Source: Candidatus Caldarchaeum sp.
GTDB lineage: Archaea > Thermoproteota > Nitrososphaeria_A > Caldarchaeales > Caldarchaeaceae
DNA length: 64,000 nt
Assembly (NCBI GenBank): GCA_038885755.1
Contig: JAVZZH010000001.1
Coordinates: 544,558-608,557 of the forward strand
Reading direction: 5' to 3'
Of the stretch, positions 8,985 through 18,417 are shown in pieces. The notes below the pieces were generated by a model. It did no database searches. It had not been told where the DNA came from and saw only the letters and a program-made list of their open reading frames with translations. Positions within the stretch are counted from its first letter, which is position 1. The number at the start of each line of letters is the position of its first letter. The translations under genes were made by a program, and so were the position numbers.

Positions 8985-9586
8985 TCTACCTGAGGCTGAG
9001 CTAGGTACTGTATCTTGCCGAGTTTGAGCACCTTGCTCTTGACGACGCCCACGTGTCTAGGAAGAACTATTTTCTTCACTTGGTTGTATATGTCTGAGGC
9101 TGTTTTACCGAGGACAAGCTCCTGCGCCAGCTGGTCGTGAGTGAGCTTAGAGGCAACATCCTCAACAACCTTCATCATCAAAGCCCTGACGGCTTTTCTC
9201 TTGCTGGACGATGTGCGGGATGAGGTGAAAACAGTCGGGTAGACTCTCAGCCTGAACCCGTCGACTGTGGAGACGTCGAAGATGTACTCGATCTTGTTCG
9301 TGCCTCTCTTCACTAGGCTGCGCAGGTACTCCCTGCCGTACTGATGGCCGTAGAATACTGTTTGGCATGCGCTGTCCTTGACGTCCACGACCTTGAAGTT
9401 TAGAAGTATGTACTGCTTGGTGAAGTCGTCAGTTATGGCGTACAGGCTTGTCTTGAGAACTCGACCAACCACTTTGGAGGCGTCGTCAGCCATCGTGCTT
9501 CCAAGCCATTTGCCTCCGAAGTAGGGGGGAGCGTAGATGTCGAACTGCTTCTTAGGCTTCTTCGGCTCTGAAGTTTTCTTTGACAA
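8981..9586 (-). CDS. rps3ae: 30S ribosomal protein S3Ae (eS1)
   Basis: Motifs 'IYAPPYFG', 'REYLRSLVKRGT' and 'KKIVLPR'. Confidence 0.92.
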   Translation of the reverse strand: MSKKTSEPKKPKKQFDIYAPPYFGGKWLGSTMADDASKVVGRVLKTSLYAITDDFTKQYILLNFKVVDVKDSACQTVFYGHQYGREYLRSLVKRGTNKIEYIFDVSTVDGFRLRVYPTVFTSSRTSSSKRKAVRALMMKVVEDVASKLTHDQLAQELVLGKTASDIYNQVKKIVLPRHVGVVKSKVLKLGKIQYLAQPQVD

Positions 9587-9601
9587 CCCTTCCTTACGCC
9601 T

Positions 9602-9886
9602 TCAACGGGTCTCTATATATTTGTCGCCCACCGTTCTGTAGACCCTCTCCGACAGGCTGGCGCTTCCGAGGACGTCGTCTAATGTGGCTAGGAAGGATGC
9701 GAACCCCCTCGTGCACTCAACCTCGACGACAACAGCCCTCCCCTCAAGCTTGGTGTCGACAGAGAGGCCTGTTGGAAGCGGTTTGTCGTCGGGCTTGATG
9801 GAGTGGTAGACGGTTGAAGCTGTCTCCTCGTCTCCGAAAACCATCCTAACCACTGATTTTATCAACGGTTTTTTCAAGCTGTTCAC
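9602..9886 (-). CDS. pcc1: KEOPS complex subunit Pcc1
   Basis: 'SIKPD' and 'FLATLDDVL'; conserved S15-DHH-Pcc1-S3Ae gene order. Confidence 0.75.
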   Translation of the reverse strand: MNSLKKPLIKSVVRMVFGDEETASTVYHSIKPDDKPLPTGLSVDTKLEGRAVVVEVECTRGFASFLATLDDVLGSASLSERVYRTVGDKYIETR

Positions 9887-11297
9887 CCACAGCCCTGTCG
9901 AGGTCGGCCAAGAACCTGATTATCCTGTCGGACGGTATCTCAGCACCCGCTGCAACGTCGTGGCCTCCACCCCTGCCTCCGTAAGCCTCCGCAAGCCTGT
10001 GCAGCAGCTCGCCCAAGTTAACACCCCTCTCCACCAGTTGTTTAGACGCCCTTGAGGAGATCTTAACCATGTGCCCCGCCGTCGCGAACGCGACGAGGGC
10101 CTTGCCGGCGGGAAGGAGACCCGACGACGAGATTATCGAGGCAACCGAGCTAACCTGCTTGTCGTCGATCATGTCTCCACCCTTCAGCACGACTATGTGG
10201 TTGAGCTCCTCCATGACACCCGGCCTAGCGACATAATCCATGGCACGGGCCAAGCTCGCACGATACTCCTCCAGCACCCGCTGAGCATCTTCAAGCACCT
10301 CAGCACGAGCACCCATCGCCACGACTATTCCCAGCCAAGCCCTTCCCGTCTTACCGCACGAGTTGAGCAGCGTGGCGTACTCCCTGGCGTCCCTCAGATA
10401 GGTCCACGACTCTTCTCTCACAAGGTCGTAGGCCTCGCCCACCAATTCCTCGGCCAGCCTCGTCGGAATGTTCTTGGCGACCAAGTATTCCAGAAGCCCG
10501 TTGTAGAGAGTCTTCTTCTCCTCTTCCGTCAAGTCTGAAAGCGTCCTCCACTGGTCTCCTTCCTTGAGGCTTAGTCCAATCTTAGTAAGGAAGCTGTAGC
10601 AGGCGTCCTCCCTTCCGCTCAGCCCGGGTATGTAGGGGCTCGTCGTAGAGGCTAGAGCCATGTGCAGGGGTCTGAATGTTCTTCCGTAGAGTATCAGGTC
10701 CTCCTTCGCCTCGAGGATTCCAGCCTTGACGGCGTCTTCGACAACCGCCCTGTTCAAGCCGTGGAGCCTCCGCCTGCTGTTCTTGTCCTGTAGGTCGCCC
10801 AAAGCACCTACTACGGCAACGGCGGAGTACTCGACGTTGGCTGGGTTCAGTTTTTTGCAGACAAAGTAGGAAACACCCGAAGCGCTGAGCTCGCTGGCTC
10901 CGTCGAATCCGTGGTCGTGCGGGTTGACTTGAACCCATTCATGCGGAAGGTCCGCCTGCCTCGGCCTGTGATGGTCTAGGATCACAACCTCCCTCCCATG
11001 CAGGAGCTGGGTAAGCTCGTCCAAGTAGCCGCTGCCTATGTCTGTGAAGATCAGGGTCTTGGAGTCGACAAACCCTTCTCGGAGGAGTGAGATGAACTCC
11101 TCTATACGGTTGAGAGACCTCACACGGTATCTTGCATCCTCCCTCCTGAGAGACCCGGAGACAATACCGGCCGAAGACAAGGCGTCTGCGTCGTTGTGGG
11201 TGTATACGTCGATGAACTCGCCTGAAGACAGCCATCTTCTTATCTTCTCAGCCGCTTCCTCCGCTGCTTTGAGGAAGCTTTGAAAGTCTCCCGTCAA
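9846..11297 (-). CDS. DHH/DHHA1 family phosphoesterase (RecJ-like)
   Basis: Motifs 'HNDADA', 'DIGSG', 'LDHH', 'GDLQD' and 'GGGHDVAAGA'. Confidence 0.9.
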   Translation of the reverse strand: MTGDFQSFLKAAEEAAEKIRRWLSSGEFIDVYTHNDADALSSAGIVSGSLRREDARYRVRSLNRIEEFISLLREGFVDSKTLIFTDIGSGYLDELTQLLHGREVVILDHHRPRQADLPHEWVQVNPHDHGFDGASELSASGVSYFVCKKLNPANVEYSAVAVVGALGDLQDKNSRRRLHGLNRAVVEDAVKAGILEAKEDLILYGRTFRPLHMALASTTSPYIPGLSGREDACYSFLTKIGLSLKEGDQWRTLSDLTEEEKKTLYNGLLEYLVAKNIPTRLAEELVGEAYDLVREESWTYLRDAREYATLLNSCGKTGRAWLGIVVAMGARAEVLEDAQRVLEEYRASLARAMDYVARPGVMEELNHIVVLKGGDMIDDKQVSSVASIISSSGLLPAGKALVAFATAGHMVKISSRASKQLVERGVNLGELLHRLAEAYGGRGGGHDVAAGAEIPSDRIIRFLADLDRAVGEQLEKTVDKISG

Positions 11298-11303
11298 GGC
11301 TTG

Positions 11304-11738
11304 TCAAGCCTTGAGAGGCTCGTAGTCGGGTGGAAGAAGGCCTCGGCGTTTGTAGTACTTGGTGAGCCGGCGGACCTTCGACTCTACGAGCTGGAGCCTG
11401 TGGATGTTGTATCCGTCGGACTTGTGCTTCTGCAGATGGAGCCTCATCCTCCTTATCATCTCGAGCAGGTGGGAGAGGTCTTCTGGAATAGGGGTTAGGA
11501 GGTTGTTTTCGTCGAGTATCTGGGTGATTGTTTTACCTGTTATCGATTTGACGAGGGGGACTGCGTACTGGTCTCTCAGCACTACCCCGATACGGCTTGG
11601 TGGAAGACCTTCCTTCGCAAGCTTGACTACAAGCCCTTCAACCTCCTCAGCCGTCAGCTTGACCCATGATGGAGGGAGCTTGCTGAGCGGGCGTGTCGAG
11701 CTCGACCTGCCTCTTCTGGATGTGTGCATCCTCGCCAT
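11304..11738 (-). CDS. rps15: 30S ribosomal protein S15 (uS15)
   Basis: Motifs 'MARMH..RRGRSSS', 'IGVVLRDQY' and 'ESKVRRL.KYYK'. Confidence 0.96.
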   Translation of the reverse strand: MARMHTSRRGRSSSTRPLSKLPPSWVKLTAEEVEGLVVKLAKEGLPPSRIGVVLRDQYAVPLVKSITGKTITQILDENNLLTPIPEDLSHLLEMIRRMRLHLQKHKSDGYNIHRLQLVESKVRRLTKYYKRRGLLPPDYEPLKA

Positions 11739-11739
11739 G

Positions 11740-12327
11740 CTATCTACCTGATGAGCGGGTTCGACGGACCTTATAAAGCCAGCGGCACAGCCGTCTCACT
11801 GAGGCAGACCTGTGGCTGAGCCGGTTCTTCTCATCCACGGACATGCTGGCGAACGTCTCCCTCCTACCTCTGGGTATGAAGACGGGGTCGAACCCGAAGC
11901 CTCCCACGCCCGACGGCTCTGCCGCGATCGATCCATGGCATCTTCCCTCGAAAATCCTGACGTCCACGCCGTCGAAGTAGCACACCACGGACCTGAACAC
12001 GGCTGAACGGTTCCTCTCATGCTCCAGAATCTTGAGAAGCCCTTCAACACCGAGGGTTCGGTGAACGTAGGAGGAGTAGGGGCCTGGAAAGCCTTTCAGC
12101 TTGTTTATGAAAAGCCCCGAGTCTTCGACGAAGACTGGGCGTTTGAGGAGGCTGTAGGCTTGAACTGCTCTGAAGACGGAGATACTCTTGAGGTTGTCGG
12201 ACTGTATCTCGAGAGTCTCTCCGTAGAAGACTTCGAGCACGAGCCCGTGTTCTCTGAAGATTTTATCAACCTCCTTGGCTTTGCCCTTGTTTGACGTGAC
12301 AAAAGTTGCGTCAGGGTTTGACGACAT
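11740..12327 (-). CDS. rdgB: Non-canonical purine NTP pyrophosphatase (RdgB/HAM1)
   Basis: Motifs 'TSNKGK', 'EDSGL', 'PGPYS', 'FGFDPVF' and 'SHR'. Confidence 0.92.
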   Translation of the reverse strand: MSSNPDATFVTSNKGKAKEVDKIFREHGLVLEVFYGETLEIQSDNLKSISVFRAVQAYSLLKRPVFVEDSGLFINKLKGFPGPYSSYVHRTLGVEGLLKILEHERNRSAVFRSVVCYFDGVDVRIFEGRCHGSIAAEPSGVGGFGFDPVFIPRGRRETFASMSVDEKNRLSHRSASVRRLCRWLYKVRRTRSSGR

Positions 12328-12952
12328 AACGCCCTCTCATCCTTATGCTCTTCATCTTGTTAACCGTTCTCCCCGCCGCATCCGTCCCGACCGCTTGTTT
12401 GTAGCCTTCCAGAAACCGGTTGAAGAACGGTTGAGAGACTGCTGGAAGACTGCTGCGGACCGACCTCTCGAGCAGATGTAGGTCTACGGCTTTGTCCTCT
12501 AGCTCGGCGTTGAAGACGCTGAGGCCGAAGTCGACTAGCCAAAGCCCGCTGTCGTTGACTATGATGTTGGATAGGGTTAGGTCGCCGTGGGCTAGGTTGA
12601 GCTCATGCATCAAACCAACAACTCGGCCCAGTTGTTCGGCGTGTCCAGAGGGGTCGGAGGCTTGGCGGAGCTCGACGCCTTCTATCATCTGCATGTATAT
12701 GATTGACTGCTGAAGGTCCAAGAACAAGAGGAGCGGCACGGGGACGCCGTTGCTGGACAGGTATGACAGCACCTTGGCTTCGTGAGCAGTCCTGGTGCGC
12801 CGAACTCTAGCGTCTATAAGCTCGTTCCTGTAGCGTTTGGGAACGCGGTGCTTTTCAACCAGCTTCAGCCCCCTCCAATAAACAGCCTTGACAACTGCCT
12901 CGGCTCCGACTCTCAGCAGCCTTCCCTCGACGAAATCTATCAGCTCCAACAA
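12311..12952 (-). CDS. bud32: KEOPS complex kinase Bud32
   Basis: Motifs 'GAEA', 'HGDLTLSN', 'DFGL' and C-terminal 'RGRY'. Confidence 0.92.
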   Translation of the reverse strand: MLELIDFVEGRLLRVGAEAVVKAVYWRGLKLVEKHRVPKRYRNELIDARVRRTRTAHEAKVLSYLSSNGVPVPLLLFLDLQQSIIYMQMIEGVELRQASDPSGHAEQLGRVVGLMHELNLAHGDLTLSNIIVNDSGLWLVDFGLSVFNAELEDKAVDLHLLERSVRSSLPAVSQPFFNRFLEGYKQAVGTDAAGRTVNKMKSIRMRGRYVVKP

Positions 12953-13923
12953 GCCTCGACCTCGTCAATCCTCATCCTCGGCTTGACTATGCTTTCGCCG
13001 ACGTCGACCAAGTCGCCACACTTGTAGTGAAGATAGCCGTTCCAAGCTATCATGGCTCCGTTATCCCCCGCATACTCGTCGGGCACGGTCCGGAGAATGC
13101 ATCCCCTGTCCACGCACATGGTTTCAAGCATCTCACTCAGCCTTCTGCTACGAGCCAGACCGCCGACCAGCAGTACCTCGCTCTTACCCGTCATGGCCAC
13201 CGCTCTCTCGACAACCTCGGTCAGCATGCTGTAAACGGTCTCGGTGAGGGACAGGCAGACGTCGGCGAGAGGTGCGCCTGAAACTATGAGGGATTCGGCT
13301 GCCGTCAGCAAGCCGGAGAAGGAAACATCCATTCCCTTAACCTTGTAGGGAAGGTCGTGCAGCTTCCGGCCCTCGGCGGCAAGCTTCTCCGGAGCAGGCA
13401 TCGGCCCAATACCGGCTGTAAGCCCGAAAGAGTCCAAGCAGTTGCCCGCCGCTATGTCCAACGTCTCGCCCAGAACCCTGTACCTCTTTTCGACTAGAGA
13501 GGCTATGAGGGTGTTGCCGCCCGCTACGTAGAGAACGACGGGGTCGACGCATCCGGTCGCAAGCTTCCCGATCTCTATGTGTGCGACGCCGTGGTTCACC
13601 GCTACAAGCGGTTTTTTGAGAGCTAGGGCCAGCGTCCTCGCCACGGTTGCTCCGACCCTGAGACAGGGCCCCATACCCGGGCCTTGGGAGTACGCCACGG
13701 CGTCGACGTCAGAGGGCTTCAGCCCCGCTTTCTTGAAGGCCTCTGCGACCGCGGAAGGCGCTTCGGCGGCGTGTTTTTGAGAAGCCTCCCTAGGATGGAT
13801 TCCACCACTCTTAGGCTGGTAGACTCTGCGAACGTTGGCAAGTATCTCGCCCGTCGAAGTGGTTATTCCAACTCCGAAAGTATGCGCCGTAGACTCTATC
13901 CCCAGTATTATCGTCTTCTTCAA
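12940..13923 (-). CDS. kae1: tRNA N6-threonylcarbamoyladenosine transferase Kae1
   Basis: Motifs 'LGIESTAHT', 'HGVAHIE', 'GETLD' and 'DNGAMIA'. Confidence 0.95.
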   Translation of the reverse strand: MKKTIILGIESTAHTFGVGITTSTGEILANVRRVYQPKSGGIHPREASQKHAAEAPSAVAEAFKKAGLKPSDVDAVAYSQGPGMGPCLRVGATVARTLALALKKPLVAVNHGVAHIEIGKLATGCVDPVVLYVAGGNTLIASLVEKRYRVLGETLDIAAGNCLDSFGLTAGIGPMPAPEKLAAEGRKLHDLPYKVKGMDVSFSGLLTAAESLIVSGAPLADVCLSLTETVYSMLTEVVERAVAMTGKSEVLLVGGLARSRRLSEMLETMCVDRGCILRTVPDEYAGDNGAMIAWNGYLHYKCGDLVDVGESIVKPRMRIDEVEACWS

Positions 13924-13983
13924 GCCACGGGGATAAAGCCGTGGATAACTATTAGTGTTGCGTGGCGGAGGTTTGATGCTGGG

Positions 13984-16239
13984 ATGAGCTATCGAGAGCC
14001 CATCGTAGTAGTCCTAGGGCACGTCGACCACGGTAAATGCGTAGGTCCAGCGACACCCATAAGGCTTGGTGGTCTTGACACCATCACAGCCGAGGAGGCC
14101 TTCCGGAGGTTCGGGTCCAGCTCACACGTCGTCCAGCTTTCAGACGGGTACGCCGTAAAGCCGTCGAGAACAATCACGGCCTCCTCGCTCTCGGCCTCCT
14201 GCAGCCTGATCGAGGCCGGGGTTGAGTATCTCTGGAAGAGGAAGGCTCCGAAAAAAATGGTGAGGGTTTCTCTTTCGAACGGGGAGGTGGTGGAGACTAC
14301 TCCCGAGCATCCATTCCTAGCAGCTCGTGGAATGGAGCTAGTCGTTGCCGTGAGAGCGGACAACCTGCAGCCCGGCGACCGCCTTCTAGGGGTTTCGGGC
14401 AGGAGGTTGGCTTTTCACAGCATCGTCGAGCTCGAATGGTTCAAGCCCGAATACTCCTACGTATACGACTTCACCGTTCCCGGGTCGCATCTCTTCGTCG
14501 GCGGAGACGTGTTTTTGCACAACACCTCCCTGCTCGATAAAATCAGAGGCACGGTAGTCGCCGCCAGAGAGGCCGGCGGCATCACGCAGCACATAGGCGC
14601 AACTCTGCTGCCGATGCAGTCGATCGAGGAAGCCTGCAGGCAGCTTCTGGGCAAGCTAACAGTAAAGCTTGAAGTTCCCGGCATACTCTTCATCGACACG
14701 CCCGGGCACGCTGCTTTCTCAAACCTCAGGAGGCGTGGTGGTTCTGTTGCCGACATGGCGATACTCGTGGTCGACTTGATGAAGGGCGTGCAGGAGCAGA
14801 CTAAGGAAAGCATACAGCTTCTCAAGTCTAGACGAACGCCTTTCGTGGTGGCGTTGAACAAGGTTGACACAATACCCGGCTGGAGGCCACACCCCAACGC
14901 CTCTTTCATGCAGACCTACGCAGCGCAGCAGAAGCACGTCGCCGAAGACCTAGACTCCAAGATATACAGCTTGATGGGAGACCTCAGCTTCTTCGGGTTC
15001 AAGTCAGACCTCTACACAAGGATAAGGTCGTTCACGGACACCGTGGCCATAGTTCCCGTGAGCGCTAAGACGGGTGAAGGGGTGCCCGACCTTTTGCTGA
15101 TCATCATGGGGCTTGCTCAGCAGTTCATGAAGCAGCGGCTGAGGAAGGTTGCCGGACGTGGTGAAGGCGTTATCCTCGAGGTTGTTGAGGAGGAGGGGCT
15201 GGGAGCGACGGCTAACACCATACTTCACACCGGTGAGCTCAGGGTTGGAGAAAGGATAGCGTATCTAAGCCGCGCCGGGCCGGCGACGACTAAGGTCAAG
15301 GCCCTTCTCATGCCTAAACCGGCTGAGGAGATAAGAGACCCCAGAGAGAGGCTTAGGAGCGTAAACCACGTTGAGGCAGCTGCAGGCGTGAAGCTGGTTG
15401 CTGAAGGGCTGGAGGACGCCGTGGCAGGCTCGTCTATCCTAGTCGTCGTCAACGAAGAAGAGGACCTCAAGAGGATCGCTGAAGATGCTAAAGAGTTCAT
15501 GATCTCGACAGACAAAGTCGGTGTAGTGCTTAAGGCCGACACTCTGGGAACTTTGGAGGCCGCTGTCAACTATCTGAGGGAGAAAGGGGTTTTGATAAGG
15601 GTTGCCGACATCGGCGACGTCTCGAAAAAGGATGTAGTGGAAGCGCATGTCGTAAGGCAGAAGGACGAGCTACTCGGAGTCATTCTATGCTACAACGTGA
15701 AGGCGGACCCGGAGGTTGAGAGAGAAGCCAACAGCAGGGGCGTCAGAGTCTTCAAGAACAACGTATTGTTCAGGCTTGTCGAGGACTACGAGAGATGGGT
15801 CGACGAGACAACGAACCAGAGGCGATTAGCCGAGTTCGAATCCCTTGTCAAGCCCGGAAAGCTGAAAGTTTTGAAGGAATACGTCTTCAGGAGAAGCGAA
15901 CCTGCCATCGTCGGGGTTGAGGTTTTGGGAGGCGAGATCAAGCCAGGCACCACGCTGGTCAACACTCTCGGAAAGCCCGTGGGCGTCATCGCCCAGATCC
16001 AGGAGAGGGGCGTCCCCCAGCCTGTTGCAAAAAAAGGCGCTAAAGTCGCTGTCTCGATAAAAGACGCGGTGTTCGGCCGCAACATTCACGGCGACGAGAC
16101 GCTTTATGTCTACGTTCCCGAGAAAGACGCTAGACAGCTTATATCGAACTACTCAAGCATGCTGGATGAAACTGGCCTGAAAACCCTCGAGGAGTTTGTC
16201 GAGATAATGAGGAAGCTGCAGCCTCTGTGGGCTCGTTGA
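13984..16239 (+). CDS. infB: Translation initiation factor IF-2 / aIF5B (intein-containing precursor)
   Basis: The P-loop 'GHVDHGK|T' is interrupted by an intein. 'GGITQHIGA', 'DTPGH' and 'NKVD' follow. The start is placed at MSYREP. Confidence 0.95.
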   Translation: MSYREPIVVVLGHVDHGKCVGPATPIRLGGLDTITAEEAFRRFGSSSHVVQLSDGYAVKPSRTITASSLSASCSLIEAGVEYLWKRKAPKKMVRVSLSNGEVVETTPEHPFLAARGMELVVAVRADNLQPGDRLLGVSGRRLAFHSIVELEWFKPEYSYVYDFTVPGSHLFVGGDVFLHNTSLLDKIRGTVVAAREAGGITQHIGATLLPMQSIEEACRQLLGKLTVKLEVPGILFIDTPGHAAFSNLRRRGGSVADMAILVVDLMKGVQEQTKESIQLLKSRRTPFVVALNKVDTIPGWRPHPNASFMQTYAAQQKHVAEDLDSKIYSLMGDLSFFGFKSDLYTRIRSFTDTVAIVPVSAKTGEGVPDLLLIIMGLAQQFMKQRLRKVAGRGEGVILEVVEEEGLGATANTILHTGELRVGERIAYLSRAGPATTKVKALLMPKPAEEIRDPRERLRSVNHVEAAAGVKLVAEGLEDAVAGSSILVVVNEEEDLKRIAEDAKEFMISTDKVGVVLKADTLGTLEAAVNYLREKGVLIRVADIGDVSKKDVVEAHVVRQKDELLGVILCYNVKADPEVEREANSRGVRVFKNNVLFRLVEDYERWVDETTNQRRLAEFESLVKPGKLKVLKEYVFRRSEPAIVGVEVLGGEIKPGTTLVNTLGKPVGVIAQIQERGVPQPVAKKGAKVAVSIKDAVFGRNIHGDETLYVYVPEKDARQLISNYSSMLDETGLKTLEEFVEIMRKLQPLWAR
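14038..14523 (+). mobile_element. Mini-intein (162 aa, no homing endonuclease) in the aIF5B P-loop
   Basis: Starts with Cys ('CVGPATPI'), block B 'TTPEHPF', block F 'VYDFTV', ends 'HN' with Thr at +1. Removing it restores GHVDHGKTSLLD. Confidence 0.95.
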
Positions 16240-16279
16240 CACATGTTTAAATTGCCGCAGTAATCAGGCGTCGGAAGAG

Positions 16280-16687
16280 ATGTCGCAGCAGGCGGCTGGA
16301 CCGAGGATGGTTGTGTCGGACCCGTCCACGAGAAAGGCTTATACTGTTCAGCTGACTCCTCAGCAGTTTCGCTTACTCGTGGGCAAGAAGATTGGGGACG
16401 TCGTCGACGGCTCGCCCTTCGGCGTCAAGGGCTCCCTCAAGATAACGGGGGGCAGCGACAGGGACGGCTTCCCCATGAGGAGTGATGTTTCGGGGCCTAG
16501 GCGTGTGAGGATTCTGCTTTCCGGCGGTGTTGGCTTCCATCCGAAGCGTAAGCCTCCCTCGAAGAGGAAGAAGACTAGGAACAGAAGGCCTGTATCTGGT
16601 GTTCGGAAGAGGGTATCGGTGAGGGGTAACATGATAAGCGAGGCAATAGCCCAGGTCAACGTCGTGGTCGCGGCTAAAGGCGAATGA
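16280..16687 (+). CDS. rps6e: 30S ribosomal protein S6e
   Basis: Motifs 'LKITGGSDRDGFPMR' and 'VRGNMIS'. Confidence 0.93.
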   Translation: MSQQAAGPRMVVSDPSTRKAYTVQLTPQQFRLLVGKKIGDVVDGSPFGVKGSLKITGGSDRDGFPMRSDVSGPRRVRILLSGGVGFHPKRKPPSKRKKTRNRRPVSGVRKRVSVRGNMISEAIAQVNVVVAAKGE

Positions 16688-16980
16688 TTATGTCGATAGA
16701 CAAGCTCAGCATGGTTGAGAACAGGCTTGTCGGCCGGCGCGACGTTCAGGCTATAATATCCTACACAAAGCCATTGACTAGGGATGAGGTTAAGAAACTC
16801 ATAGCCGACCGTTTCCGGACAGACCCAGCGAAGGTCGTGGTGAGGAAAGCAGAATTCATCACGGGGACGCACACGGTCAAGGTGCATGCTCACATCTACG
16901 AGGCCGCTGAACAGATTTTGAAGTTCGAGCCCAAGCACATTTTAATCAGGAACAAGCTGGCTGAGAAGGAGAAGAAATGA
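16684..16980 (+). CDS. rps24e: 30S ribosomal protein S24e
   Basis: Motifs 'ENRLVGRR' and 'FEPKHILIRN'. Confidence 0.88.
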   Translation: MIMSIDKLSMVENRLVGRRDVQAIISYTKPLTRDEVKKLIADRFRTDPAKVVVRKAEFITGTHTVKVHAHIYEAAEQILKFEPKHILIRNKLAEKEKK

Positions 16981-17135
16981 CGAAGAAAGGCTTGTGGAAC
17001 CGCTACGTTGTTAAGGAAGACGGGCTGAAGAAAAGCTTGTCATCGTGCCCTAGATGCGGCCCAGGCTTCTTCATGGCGGACCACGGCAACAGGCTTACCT
17101 GCGGAAAGTGCGGATACACCAAGTTCAAGTCGTAG
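16977..17135 (+). CDS. rps27ae: 30S ribosomal protein S27ae (not in ORF track)
   Basis: Translated by hand as a 52-aa ORF, MTKKGLW...CPRCGPGFFMADHGNRLTCGKCGYTKFKS. ATGA overlap with S24e. Confidence 0.95.
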   Translation: MTKKGLWNRYVVKEDGLKKSLSSCPRCGPGFFMADHGNRLTCGKCGYTKFKS

Positions 17136-17646
17136 CGGCTTCTACAACCTCGACAACCCTGCGACGGGCCTCTTCACAGCCCTTCACCACTACGTAGCCT
17201 TCGCCGGGCTGGCCGTAGACTACAACCCCCCCTGAAGGCAGGGCCCAGATGGCTGGCAGAGCCAGTAGGTCTTCTTCTCCCTCCACCAATACGGCTCCGG
17301 AACCGTTCTCGACAGCGTTCAAGACAGCTTCTGCGGCCTCGGGAGTTATGCATCCCGCAGGGTTTTTGACGTAAACCACTCGATAGCCTTCCAAGCTTGG
17401 CCTGCCCGCATCTCTCCGCTCAACCTTCGTGTCGACGACTACGACGTGGGGCTTTATCCCGGCAGCCCTTAGCCGTCGGTAGCTGTAGTCTCCGACGACA
17501 ACCAGCGGGCTGGCTCTGGCGACCTCCTCGTCCTCGCCCAGCTCGCCCCTCCTCAATTCACCCATGGGCCTTCTGAGCTTTTCTTTCAACTCCTCGGAGA
17601 AGTAAATCGACCTGCTCCACAGAGTTTCAGTCGACTTTGACGGCAT
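17125..17646 (-). CDS. GTP-dependent dephospho-CoA kinase (DUF359)
   Basis: Motifs 'VVGD', 'VKNPAG', 'GEEDLLALP' and 'YGQPGEG'. Confidence 0.88.
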   Translation of the reverse strand: MPSKSTETLWSRSIYFSEELKEKLRRPMGELRRGELGEDEEVARASPLVVVGDYSYRRLRAAGIKPHVVVVDTKVERRDAGRPSLEGYRVVYVKNPAGCITPEAAEAVLNAVENGSGAVLVEGEEDLLALPAIWALPSGGVVVYGQPGEGYVVVKGCEEARRRVVEVVEAATT

Positions 17647-17818
17647 ACCTGCCAGGCTTCCGTATGCCGAGCTCCCTAGCGATCTGGGAACTCTCCACGT
17701 CGAGGATTATCAGCAGCCCGGAATAGCTTGAGCTGAGGCTGGACGAGCCGCATGCATCGCATACGTTGCCGCTAACTATCCTTCTGCAGTTCCTGCAGGC
17801 CCTAGCTTTGGCCGACAC
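17627..17818 (-). CDS. spt4: Transcription elongation factor Spt4 (RpoE2)
   Basis: 'ACRNC..CDACG' zinc ribbon, 'SQIA' and 'PGRYAVKV'. Confidence 0.92.
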   Translation of the reverse strand: MSAKARACRNCRRIVSGNVCDACGSSSLSSSYSGLLIILDVESSQIARELGIRKPGRYAVKVD

Positions 17819-18371
17819 TAGACTGCACCGCCCGCGCCTTCTCCTCCTCGATCCATTTGAGAGAGCCCATCAAAGGCTGGCGTGTCACGAGCGAGACCTT
17901 GCCTCCCGCTCCTCCTCCGAAAGATACTGCGTTAATCCTAGCTCTGACGTCGTCTCCGACCGACATCTTCCAGCCTGTCTTCCTGCCCACCAGCATGTTG
18001 TTCTTTTCGTCGTAGGTTATGAAGTCGTCCATTATCTGCGATATGTGGAGGAGGCCGTCGAACGGCCCGACTCTGACGAAGCATCCGAAGTCTGTTATCT
18101 CGACAACCTCGCCGAGGACAACTTCGTTCACTTCAGGGATGTATGTCAGTAGCTTGAAGACACAGTTGTGGTATGTCGAGCCATCCCTGGGGAGAAGCTG
18201 GCCTATCTTATCCACCTTAGCGTCCACAACCATCACGACGAAGCCCAACTCCTCATACACAGCCCCCTCGTATTTCTTCCTGAGGTTGTTCAGCACCACA
18301 CCCTCAAGAGGTTTTCCAAACTCGCTGGGTGGAATGCCAACAACCTCAACAACCTCCACTATAGCAAACAT
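17802..18371 (-). CDS. rpoE1: RNA polymerase subunit Rpo7 (E')
   Basis: S1 domain 'FGCFVRVGPFDGLLHISQ'. Confidence 0.93.
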   Translation of the reverse strand: MFAIVEVVEVVGIPPSEFGKPLEGVVLNNLRKKYEGAVYEELGFVVMVVDAKVDKIGQLLPRDGSTYHNCVFKLLTYIPEVNEVVLGEVVEITDFGCFVRVGPFDGLLHISQIMDDFITYDEKNNMLVGRKTGWKMSVGDDVRARINAVSFGGGAGGKVSLVTRQPLMGSLKWIEEEKARAVQSSVGQS

Positions 18372-18417
18372 CTCCTACCCACCGTCTTAGCCATGCTTTT
18401 TGATCAGCCTTGATGAC

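Noticed and set aside
13925-13944. Short inverted repeat CCACGG-N8-CCGTGG upstream of kae1
   Set aside because: The arms are only 6 bp, which is compatible with chance without conservation data.
13684-13983. 100-aa N-terminal extension of aIF5B in the ORF track
   Set aside because: It overlaps kae1 on the opposite strand, and homology begins at the ATG at 13984.
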